Source: Octopus vulgaris
Lineage: Eukaryota
DNA: 64,000 nucleotides
Reading direction: 5' to 3'
NCBI GenBank assembly: GCA_951406725.2
Contig: OX597814.1
Coordinates: 201,066,001 to 201,130,000, forward strand
Shown: in pieces, positions 53,175-64,000 of the stretch
Layout of the letters: every line of letters starts with the position of its first letter
How positions within the stretch are numbered: position 1 is the first letter of the stretch
Notes under the pieces: model-generated
Told to the model about the DNA's origin: nothing
Database searches by the model: none
What the model saw: only the letters and a program-made list of their open reading frames with translations
Translations under genes and position numbers: made by a program

Positions 53175-53505
53175 CTGAGACCCCTTTCGGTCATGACTGA
53201 CCATGGGATTGCACCTAGAAAGTTACCCTTCCAGGTACAAGACCGGGCAAGGTTGTTTATGGAAGACCAGCAGTCACCCATGCATAATGGCCTCCCCTCT
53301 CCACGTCACCAGTGTTATCCAAGGGAAAGGCAAAGGGGCCGATGCAGCTTGGCACCTGTGGCGTCGCAACTCATTTCTACAGCTGAGTAAACTGGAGCAA
53401 CGTGAAATAAAGTGTCTTGCTCAAGAACACAACATGCAATCTGGTCCGGGATTCGAACTCACAACCTCACGATCATAAGCTTGACGTTCCAACCACTGAG
53501 CCTTC
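53175..53505 (-). mobile_element. Family D SINE
   Basis: Reverse complement of the 42773 element. Confidence 0.85.
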
Positions 53506-53777
53506 ACACATATATGTCAAAATGTACTGTTGCAGTACCATATAAAAAGCACTGGTGCTAGTGCCACATAGAAATCACCCAATACACTCTGTCAAGTGGT
53601 TGTTGTTAGGAAGGGCCATTGAAGGGCCATCACGCCATAGAAGACATGCCTAAACAGACAATCGAGCCTGGTGCAGTTCTTGGTCTTACCAGTTCCTGTC
53701 AAAGCATCAAAACCATGCCAGTATGGAAAACAGACATTTAATAATGGTTATGACGATGATGATATATATGGATAGGA

Positions 53778-54064
53778 ATAGGGTATGGAGAAGGTAAATC
53801 GGCACTACATATGTTTCCAAGAACAGCTGAAGATATTATTTGGATGTAACATATATATTAAGCTTCACTTTCCTTGAGATACACTTACCTGTATTTTACA
53901 AGTTCCATATACAAGTTGTTGCAACAAGGAACTTGTAAAATGCAAATAAAGATATCTGAAAAAAAGTCAAGCTGAATATATACGTTACACCTTAAAGTTA
54001 CATAACACATATTATTTGGAAACATGTGTAGTATGAACTTACCTTCGTAATTTGCTATACCTAT
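53778..54064. repeat. Old fold-back element with hammerhead 3'-half remnants
   Basis: Diverged arms ~53778-53905 and ~53930-54064; GAAA-CAT(A/G)TG-TA-GT in both arms. Confidence 0.6.
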
Positions 54065-55152
54065 CAAATTATAATTGCATAATTAGTGATTTTCGTTGCT
54101 AAACAATTGAGTTGTATATTTGCAGTTATCTTATCGAAACCTCCATCAAATTTGATATGGGACAAATTGTATGACATACATTGATAAACAAACTTAGTTG
54201 ATTGAGTATCGTATGTTTTATATCATTTATACAAACTATGTCTATGCTTGATGCACTCTAACTGCTTGTACCAAGATCTTTTTGGTTCCAAGCTCTTTTC
54301 TCATAGATCACCATCCTGGTTTTGGATGTGTGTGTTTATACGCATGCATATGTGTTTCTATGTTGGTTACAAACCAATGACTGTTCTGTGCTTCTGTTTA
54401 GGTGAAGAGTGTAAACATTGGTGAGTAACAAATTGGTGTTCTTATAATGATATCCTTTGTAATATTTGTTCTGCCATGAACTGCAGACGCTCCATTGTTC
54501 CCCACCCCCACAGACAGAAATGCTTTCTGTATTCCTTTGTCTCAATGGTATTTACTCTGATACTCTCTCTGCTACCATTCTATCATAGGAAAACGTCTGT
54601 TCCTTTCATCAAGCTTTAACCTCTCTCATCTTTAATCTCTCTCATCAACTAACCAATTAAGTTGTTCACTCTTTCGTTGGTATTCCCTGCAATCACGTGA
54701 ATTCATTAGTCTTTCATGTGACCAAGTAACCTCACTTGTGCTGACGCCACAGAAAACAACAGACACAGTAAAGTTGTTGGAGTTGGAGCTCTGAAGAGCA
54801 ACGGATAACTGGTCTACACGTTCACCAATCAAAACATGCCAAATGGGAAACATTAAATCATGATGCTGCTCCCCCCCCACCACCACCGCCTGCCCAACTC
54901 ATCAGAACTAATGGAACCATCCATCTAATGTTATCTTGGAAAGGGTATATAAAATAATGATGATGATGATGATGATGATGATGATACACCCCCCTACAAA
55001 AAAACACACATCCAAGAGTACTGGGAAATATAATGATTCATGAGTTTAAATAAATGTATTTATCCAAGAAATTTAGCGAACAATTTTATCTTAGAGTTCA
55101 AATATAAATGCATGCATGTACACACACACAGACACACACACGCACACACACA

Positions 55153-55225
<73 letters not shown>

Positions 55226-55512
55226 CACACATTGCAATAATACCTACTGAAAGCTTTCACCAAGAAAATAACAGCAAAACATCCAAATTACTAGGAATGA
55301 CTCCAGTCCCTAAAGATATTCCATAAAATCGTGACATTCTCTTCTAGAAATGATAAATTAAAGAAGAGAAATATTCAAACATTTACCAATGCAATCGAAA
55401 AATAACAATCACCTTTTGATGATATATTACAGTTCTTATGCCTTAAGACTTTACCATTCTTTAAAATTTTTAAACAATCAGAAATTCAACAATAGTATCG
55501 ATAACTTAATTA

Positions 55513-55780
55513 TGGATATACAGGGTTTGGTAGAAGAGTTGCCCTGATTTCAAAGGTTAATAAAAAACAAACACATGAAGATACAAGAAAAAACTTTGTA
55601 TTTCTAATAAATGCACACTTTTCTCCACTCTCGACTGTGATAGATATTATCTGAAACAGGAAAACAAAATGGCATTTCATGAGCTTTATAGAAATATAAG
55701 GTTTATTCATACATCTTCATGTGTTTGATTTTTATTAACCATTAAAATCAGGTAGATCTTTCTGCCGTATCCTGTATTTC
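55513..55780. repeat. Diverged inverted repeat
   Basis: CCTGATTT..GGTTAATAAAAAACAAACACATGAAGAT versus ATCTTCATGTGTTTGATTTTTATTAACC..AAATCAGG. Confidence 0.7.
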
Positions 55781-56312
55781 TAATTGGAACTCCAGACCCG
55801 GCTTCTTTAGTGGGACATAATCTGGTGATGGGGTTGTACAAAGGTTTCCAATGGCGTCTTTAATATACTTATACAAGCATTGAAATATCAGAAATTCAGG
55901 AGAAGCAAGGCTATATAGTTAAGTAGTTCACTGCACATTCACATGGCTTCAGGTTCGGTCTTAGTGCAGAGTATCTTGAACAAGCATCTTCCACTACAGA
56001 CCTGAATAAACTGAACAGAGCCTTGAGAGAGGTGGAATTTGGTAGACGGAAACTAGTTGAAGCCCTGTATGTATATATATATGTATATATATATTTAATC
56101 AATTTAGGGTAGCAAAAAATTCAATAGAAATTTATCGCTACCAGCGGCCTAGTGGGAAAGAGCAAATAGTCAAAGAATATATAAAAATTAAACAATTTAG
56201 GAATGGCCTTAATAGGCCATTCGTCCACTAGAGAGAGCAGCCATAACTCAAACCGCTAAGTAGTAGTAATTCAGAAATTAGGTGAAAATTTTAAAACGTT
56301 TACCCTAATTCA

Positions 56313-56413
56313 TCTTTATATGATGCATCGTTTCGGTGTTTTTAATGGTAAAATTAGCTTAATTAAATTAAAATTAAGCTAATCTACCATGGGTTACACT
56401 TCATCAGTAAAGA
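56313..56413 (-). ncRNA. Type I hammerhead ribozyme (left arm)
   Basis: TCTTTA-CTGATGA-AGTGT...ACACC-GAAA-CGATGCATCA-TA-TAAAGA. Confidence 0.8.
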
Positions 56414-56569
56414 AACCGGGGAGAGACTGATATACACGAGGCGTCTGTATCAATGCCTACGGAATATCTGTCTTAAAATTTTCAAGACAATCGTATTCGC
56501 GCCAACTTATCAGCAGTAAGTATAAACTGCCGATTCAGACGCCTCGTGTATATCAGTCTCTCCCCGGTT

Positions 56570-56670
56570 TCTTTACTGATGAAGTGTAACCCATGGTAGA
56601 TTAGCTTAATTTTAATTTAATTAAGCTAATTTTACCATTAAAAACATCGAAACGATGCATCGTATAAAGA
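56570..56670 (+). ncRNA. Type I hammerhead ribozyme (right arm)
   Basis: TCTTTA-CTGATGA-AGTGT..[ATGGTAG ATTAGCTTAATT / AATTAAGCTAAT TTTACCAT hairpin]..ACATC-GAAA-CGATGCATCG-TA-TAAAGA; GUA triplet. Confidence 0.9.
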
Positions 56671-56982
56671 TAAATTAGGGTAAACGTTTTTAAATTTTCA
56701 CCTAATTTCTGAATTACTACTACTACTTAGCGGTTTGAGTTATGGCTGCTCTCTCTAGTGGACGAATGGCCTATTAAGGCCATTCCTAAATTGTTTAATT
56801 ATATATATATTTATATATACGATGGGCTTCTTTCAGTTTCCATCTACCAAATACACTCACAAAGCTTTGGTCGGCCTGAGGCTATAGTAGAAGACACTTG
56901 CCCAAGGTGCCATGCAGTGGGACTGAACCCAGAACCATGTGTGGTTGGTAAGCAAGCTATTTACCACACACCCACACCGGCA

Positions 56983-57041
<59 letters not shown>

Positions 57042-57043
<2 letters not shown>

Positions 57044-57522
57044 CTGAAGGATTAAAATTAATCAAAGGACATGCTTTTTATGTCTACCTGCTGGAAATAA
57101 CAGTCAAAACCCTTATTTAAATCGACAAAATGCACTGATAATAACTGCAGAAATCAAGTGTCTGTGAGCAAACGGGCCAAGACAATCTCTCAGCATACAT
57201 TCAAGTATTTGGACTCACATGGACCGGTTTTTGGGTTGACATTATAGCCTCACCTTCCTCAGCTCAGCACACGTTACCATGTTGAAGTCTACACTGCAAA
57301 TGATTCATTTTGCACCAAAATCACGGCAGCCACCTGTGTGAAAATAATTTCAATACAGAGCAAATAATTCACGAGAAAAAAAAATGCAATCGGCTATATT
57401 ATTGATTCTGTTATTAACATTTTAAAATTGATACGCTAGATAATAACAGTCAATGATAACGTATATTCGTAAATGATTTTTTTGTGTATTATTTTCTTTC
57501 TCATGAATTATTTGCTCTGTAT

Positions 57523-57608
<86 letters not shown>

Positions 57609-57680
57609 ATATTTCGGAATGGTCATATTGTCAGTTTAGCCAATAAAATAAAATCTTGCACAACAAATATTTAAACGTAC

Positions 57681-57763
<83 letters not shown>

Positions 57764-58306
57764 CATATATACCAGAGTGACACATAAATGGGAAACAAGA
57801 TGGAAAAAATAGTGCTCGAATACCGGAGGCAGAATAATATGAAAATGGGGTCATAACCCCGAAATATTGAAAACAAGGTAAGCCTACATTAATTCACATA
57901 TTTGTTTTCTTGTGATTTACCTTGCATTTACTTCGCATTGTTTTGGCCTTACCCACAATCTTTTATACAATATATTCTACACAATACTTCATAGTAATTA
58001 TTCATTATAATACATATATATATTGCTGAAGGATTAAAATTTATATTAACCAAAATATATACTGAGTAAGGTGAGGCTATAATGCCAGTCCAGAAACCGG
58101 TTCAGGTGAGTCCAAATACTAGAAAAGATATAGCTGGATGCTATATTGGTATGTTGACTGATTTTCTTAATTCATATGCTCGTAGACGGTTGATTTCTGT
58201 AGTTATTAACAATATTATTTTTTCGATGGTTTAAATAAGAGTTTTGACTGTTATTTCTATTATACTGAGTCTCTCCTTTGATTAAAATAATCTTTAATCT
58301 TTCAGC
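57042..58306. repeat. Two opposed copies of one repeat family with decayed hammerhead motifs
   Basis: 57042-57262 (minus) matches 58062-58306 (plus): CTGAG(G/T)A..(G/A)AAA-CCGG-T(C/T). A small inverted repeat lies at 57350-57527. Confidence 0.55.
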
Positions 58307-58453
58307 TATTTAATGCTTTTTTGGGGACCTGCAGTCGCCTATAATATTAATTCTGTTTTTATCATTTTAATTATTTTACCCTAGATAATAATAGAGTTAA
58401 TGATATCATCATAAATATTTTCTACTGAATTATTTGTTCCGTATTGGAATTAT

Positions 58454-58561
<108 letters not shown>

Positions 58562-58867
58562 CATACATATATATATATATCAAAAGGATGTGTTATAGTA
58601 CTATTCCACATATACAAAAACAGACATACCAACAATCTGACATACTTCCATCATCAGCTGCCCCACGGATATCATTATGGTTTCGACATCTGGGCAGTAC
58701 AATTCAATCCGGTGGTGTCAACAGCACTAAAATATGCATTGTTTGGGAAGAAACATACCAAAGAAACCACAACTTTCAAACACATTTACACTATGTACAA
58801 CATTATTGGTAAATAAATTCAATAAGTAAATCTATAACCGACTCCTAAATATATATATATATATATA

Positions 58868-59270
58868 TCATCATCATCATCATTATTTAACGTCCGTTTT
58901 CCGTGCTGGCATGTGTTGGACGGTTTTGACTGAGGGCTGGCAAACAGATGGCTGCACCAGGCTCCAGTCTTGATCTGGCAGAGTTTCTACAGCTGGATGC
59001 CCTTCCTAACGCCAACCACTCCGAGAGTGTAGTGGGTGCTTATATATATATATATATATATTTAAAATCAAATATTTATTTCTTTATTGCCCACAAGGAG
59101 CTAAACATAGAGGGGACAAACAAGGACAGACAAAAAGGTTAAGTCGATTAGATTGACCCCAGTACGCATCTTATCGACCCCGAAAGGATGAAAAGCAAAG
59201 TCGACCTCAGCGAAATTTGAACTCAGAACGTAGAGGCAGACGAAATACCACTAAGCATTTCGCCGCCTTA
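58868..59270 (-). mobile_element. Family C repeat plus family A SINE
   Basis: Consensus matches. Confidence 0.75.
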
Positions 59271-59756
59271 ATTAAATATAGGATAAAAGCTATATAAGAA
59301 TTTATCAAGTAGTCAGCGTGAGAACCATATAAGGGGAAAATTTATAATTATTCCCTTTAAATACATTTATTATATTAAGGGCATTACTACACGTAATATT
59401 TAATTTTAAATTTAACTGGAATATATTCAGTGCTGAATTATTCCGAGTATGCACATCTACCAAGATGTAATTTGAAAAACCCTTCTCTTACATAAATACA
59501 TAAGTGTGAACATTCTTATGTGTTATGTTGGAAACATTTGATGTTCGTCTGGTATGTTCATTTTTATGTGTCTTGATTATGCTAGCACTGACGATTGGAA
59601 AGTGGATTATGTACACTAACTATGGAATCATATGCTTTGCGACTGAGTCTGTTTTTAAGAGACGATTTTCAGGTTGCATTCCTTCGCTGTCGGTACACTG
59701 TATATTCATCATGGTAGTTTTGACTTTAAGAGTCCCTCATACGTGTAGTAATGCCC

Positions 59757-59795
<39 letters not shown>

Positions 59796-59801
59796 GTATA
59801 A

Positions 59802-59834
<33 letters not shown>

Positions 59835-59963
59835 TGTATGTATGTATGTATGCATGTATATCGGTAGAATCTACAAATTGACTCAAGAGCCGAAAGTTTG
59901 TGCATTTATAATTATCAAAGTGGAAATGCACATCACTATCAAAACATATACATATACATACAC

Positions 59964-60012
<49 letters not shown>

Positions 60013-60014
60013 TG

Positions 60015-60058
<44 letters not shown>

Positions 60059-60158
60059 CATGTGTGCGCATGTGTGTATGTAAGTTGAATTTAACATACG
60101 ATAGCGTCTTATAAAGCTAGATTTATATATCCTAAATTTGCAGAAGAGTTTGTTGTTG

Positions 60159-60232
60159 GGTCAGTTTAGCTTAATGGTAAAGCACTGGACGTTGTAATCA
60201 CAGGGATATGAGTTCAAGTCTCGTGACTGGCG
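60159..60232 (+). other. tRNA-like sequence (SINE head or tRNA pseudogene)
   Basis: TAGCTTAATGGTAAAGC A-box, T-arm ATGAG TTCAAGT CTCGT, partial acceptor pairing; anticodon arm poorly formed. Confidence 0.45.
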
Positions 60233-60299
60233 ACCGACAGAATTTTCTGCAAAATATGGATAGTTTATCCTGTGCATGCTATGTTATTAGCATTATCAG

Positions 60300-63200
60300 T
60301 GTCAAGTCTCCGCTTGGAGCTACTGGTAACATGTAACCCAGTACAACCTGTTACATGGTCGGGTCGTTGGCGACTAAACTGGCAACACCACCAAGATTTC
60401 TTGGTGAAGAGGGTGATTTGGACACTCAGCAGGACTAAAAACAAAACCTGTCAAAGGGCAGAGGAACTCTCTCATGAGTCAATGGCCATCCAAAAACCTA
60501 CATAAATCCGGAGTGGAGCCCCTAAGGCGGTTGGATTGCGCCATGCGTGCCACCTTCCGGCAGCTCCTGCATCCTGGTCTACCCCCAGCCGTCTTGACTT
60601 TGTCTTGCCACTGGATCCGACGCACCAGGACGAGAGAGTGAGGCTGATCCTGCGCAAGTCACCCTCACTATAATCCAAGTCACGCGCACGTAATGACATC
60701 ATGACACCAACATCACAAAGTCCTGTGGCGATGGGGAAACGGCGAAGTAGCAGGTGAGGACACACTGGGAGCTACAATCGTGAACCCACACACAGGCGGC
60801 TCAGGACATGTGGTCGCCCCTCACTGAACTGAGGCAGCAGTGGAGTCCGGCAGCCTCATGAGTGACCGAGCAGCCCTCTTCAGGATCGCTCTACTCGCCT
60901 CCGCAGCATGAGGACGGGGCTAGAAAAGGTTGCCCTAAACCTAGCCTGCCTCACCTCACCCTGATCAGCAAACCGCGGCTGGCGGGGATCCTTTCCAAGC
61001 GGTCGAAACAAAGAAAGAAAACGAACAAAGGTGCTCACTTTCGCAACTTGGAACGTGAGAACTCTGCTTGACAACACCAAAGCGGACAGACCAGAGAGAC
61101 GAACTGCCCTGGTGGCCAGAGAACTGAGCCGATACAATGTCGATATCGCAGCACTGAGCGAGACCCGCCTTGCGGACAAAGGCTAGCTGACAGAGACAGG
61201 CGGCGGCTACATTTTCTTTTGGAGTGGTCGCAGCAGCGAAGAGCGTCGTGAGGCTGGTGTTGGTTTTGCAAAAAGGGTATCAACGATCGGCTGATGAAGA
61301 TGCAGCTCCCACTTGGAAACAAGACTAGTGCGACCATCATCAGCGCTTACGCCCCCACCATGACCAACCCTGAAGAAGTTAAGGACAGGTTTTATGAGGA
61401 ACACAACTCCCTCATCACGTCAGCCCAGCCTGGGAAGCTCATCCTCCTTGGGGACTTTAACGCCCGTGTCGGGACTGACCACCAAGCCTGGCATCGCGTA
61501 CTGGGAAAGCAAGGAATCGGAAAGTGCAACAACAACGGGCAGCTCCTCCTACGGGCGTGCGCCTCTCATGATCTTACCATCGCCAACACCTTGTTCCGTC
61601 TGCCAACACGCAACAAGACATCATGGATGCATCCGCGCTCCAAACACTGGCATCTGATAGATTACGTCATCGTCAGGGCGAAAGACAGGCGGGACGTGAG
61701 ACTGGTCAAAGCCATGTGTGGAGCTGATTGCTGGACGGACCATCGCCTCATCATCTCCAGGATGGATTTCTACATCCAACCTAAGAGAAGACCACAGGGT
61801 CAGAAAGTGACGAAGAAGCTTAACATCACGAAATTAAAGAACCAGCTGACTGCACAAGATCTCCAGTCACGTATGGACAGCAAGCTGTTGGATTCGGAAT
61901 GACCATTCCAGCATCGATGAGCTGTGGGAATCATTCAGGGACACGGTTCATTCCATCGCCCTTGAAACTCTAGGCCAAATTACGAGGAACCACCAGGACT
62001 GGTTCGACGAAAACGACCAGGAAATCCAAAAGCTCCTGGAAGAGAAACGCCGTCTGCTGCGGGCCCACCAACATGACACCACCTGCACGGCAAAGAAGGC
62101 TGCTTTCAACAACATTCGCAGCACAGTCCAGGCAAAACTCCGCCTCATGCAAGACGCATGGTTAAGCGCCAAGGCGGATGAGATTCAGGGATACGCAGAC
62201 AAACACGACACCAAGAAATTCTACGAGGCGCTGAAAGCTGTCTATCGACCACAGTCCTCCTTTGGATCAACCCCCTGCTCAGCTTGATGGAACCTCACTC
62301 CTGACTAACAAGAGGCTGATCCTGGAGAGATGGGCGGAACATTTCAACATCGTGCTCAACCGACCAGCCCAGATCAACGAGGAAGCCATCGCACGACTCC
62401 CCCAGGTGCCGACAAACCACGAGCTGGCTGTTCCCCCTGCAGTCGAGGAAGTGAGCAGAGCCATCAAAAAAATGTCTACCGGCAAAGCTCCAGGCTCTGA
62501 CGCCATACCTGCAGAGGTGTTCAAGTCGGGCGGCCCGACCATGATCAGTCAGCTCACCAGCCTGTTCCAGTCGATGTGGGACAGGGAACAACTCCCTCAA
62601 GATTTCCGGGACGCAACAATCGTCCACATTTATAAACGGAAAGGAGATCGGCAGTCCTGCGACAACCACTGAGGAATCTCCCTCTTGTCCATAGCAGGCA
62701 AGATCCTGGCCCGAGTCCTACTTGATCGCCTTCTGGAACACTTGGAGCAAGGCCTTCTCCCTGAGAGCCAGTGTGGCTTCCGCGTGGGTCGAGGGACCAC
62801 TGACATGATATTCGCCGCCCGCCAGCTCCAGGAGAAATGCATGGAGCAGCACCTTGACCTCTGCATGACCTTTGTTGACCTCACCAGGGCTTTCGATACA
62901 GTCAGTCGGGAGGGACTCTGGAAGGTCATGGGAAAATTTGGTTGCCCCAGCAAATTTATTGCAATTGTCCGCCAGTTCCACGACGGAATGACAGCCAGAG
63001 TCCTTGAAGACGGCAACTCATCTGAAGTCTTCCAGGTGACCAACGGAGTCAGGCAGGGCTGTGTCCTGGCCCCAACACTGTTCAGCATCATGTTCTCGGC
63101 GACGCCTTCAGGGACTGCAAGTCCGGTATCGACATCAAGTACAGGACGGACGGGAAATTGCAGAAGATTGCAGGCCGTCACAAATGTGAGGGAGACAGTC

Positions 63201-64000
63201 GTCAGAGACTTTCTCTTTGCTGACGACTGCGCCCTTAACGCAGTCGATGAGCAGGAGATGCAGCTCGGGATGGACAGGTTCTCATCAGCCTGTGACAACT
63301 TCGGTCTCACCATCAGTGCCAAGAAAACCGAAGTGATGTTTCAGCCAGCCCCCGGCAAACAATACCATGAACTTCAGATAAAGGTGAACGGACGGATCCT
63401 ACGAGCGGTGGAAAACTTAACCTACCTGGGCAGCACTCTCTCCTGCAATGCCAACATAGATGCTGAAATCATCAACAGAATCTCCAAGGCAAGCAGCGCG
63501 TTTGGGAGACTGCGAAAGAAAGTCTGGGAGCGGAGAGGAATCAGCCTCAAAACCAAGCTGAAAGTCTACCGGGCAGTCGTGCTTACCACCCTACTATACG
63601 GCTGCGAGACGTGGACTGCTTACCGAAGGCACGAGCGCCAGATTAACCACTTCCACCTCAGGTGTCTTCGGAACCTCCTTCACATCCGCTGGCAGGACAA
63701 AGTCCCAAACACGGAAGTTCTGAAGCAGGCAGATCTCCCTAGCACCATCACGATCATGCGCAAGGCCCAGCTGAGATGGGCAGGCCACGTCTCCCGCATG
63801 TCCGACACTCGCATCCCAAAACAGCTCTTCTACGGTGAACTCAGCCAGGGCAAGCACAAAGTTGGAGGGCAGAAGAAGCGCTTCAAGGACAGTCTCAAAG
63901 TCTCTCTCAAAGACTTCTCCATCGGCACAGAGACTTGAGAGACACTTGCCACCGACCGCTCATCCTGGCGCAGCGCAATCACCACAGGAGCAAAGAAAGC
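60300..64000 (+). mobile_element. RTE (BovB-like) LINE, near full length, runs off the window end
   Basis: GC-rich 5' UTR followed by APE and RT coding segments. Confidence 0.95.
61034..64000 (+). pseudogene. Disrupted RTE ORF (APE endonuclease + reverse transcriptase)
   Basis: LTFATWNVRTL, ALSETR, SAYAPT, LGDFNA, IDY, TDH, QCGFR, FVDLTRAFD, GVRQGCVLAP, LFADD, YLGS, LRWAGH. Stops near 61184, 62670 and 63936, plus several frameshifts. Confidence 0.93.

Larger units (their letters stand above)
56186..56800. mobile_element. Young fold-back element with a hammerhead in each arm
   Basis: Near-identical arms 56186-56451 and 56532-56800 with an 80-nt spacer. The left extension resembles ~16790-16860. 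Confidence 0.9.

Noticed and set aside
58600-58700. Minus-strand CTGATGA with nearby GAAA/GAAT
   Set aside because: No circular permutation gives consistent helices.
60159-60232. Functional tRNA gene
   Set aside because: The anticodon arm does not pair properly; treated as tRNA-derived.
62630-63322. 230-aa antisense ORF in the RTE element
   Set aside because: Shadow of GC-rich RT coding sequence.

Overview
Repeat-dense, AT-rich animal genomic DNA with no recognisable host protein-coding exon. The SINE families and microsatellite load look like a coleoid cephalopod, probably Octopus; this is my recognition, not a database match. Recognisable elements: a 5'-truncated Penelope-like element (PLE; RT + GIY-YIG, 31240-34354) with inverted terminal arms; a near full-length but disrupted RTE LINE (60300-64000); remnants of CR1/L2, RTE, R4-like, Gypsy, mariner and Tc1/maT elements; non-autonomous Helitrons including a head-to-tail dimer; and dozens of SINEs and microsatellites. 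Most ORFs in the track are microsatellite artefacts. The main signal is a dense set of type I hammerhead ribozyme (HHR) motifs: 9 loci with an intact or near-intact core and about 6 decayed ones, from several unrelated sequence families, nearly all with a palindromic helix III. Most sit inside short fold-back (inverted-repeat) PLE-derived elements, oriented so that any read-through transcript makes the antisense arm before the ribozyme. The PLE carries a U3:A8 compensatory-variant HHR and a modular CCAAT/CRE/TATA promoter in its 3' region.
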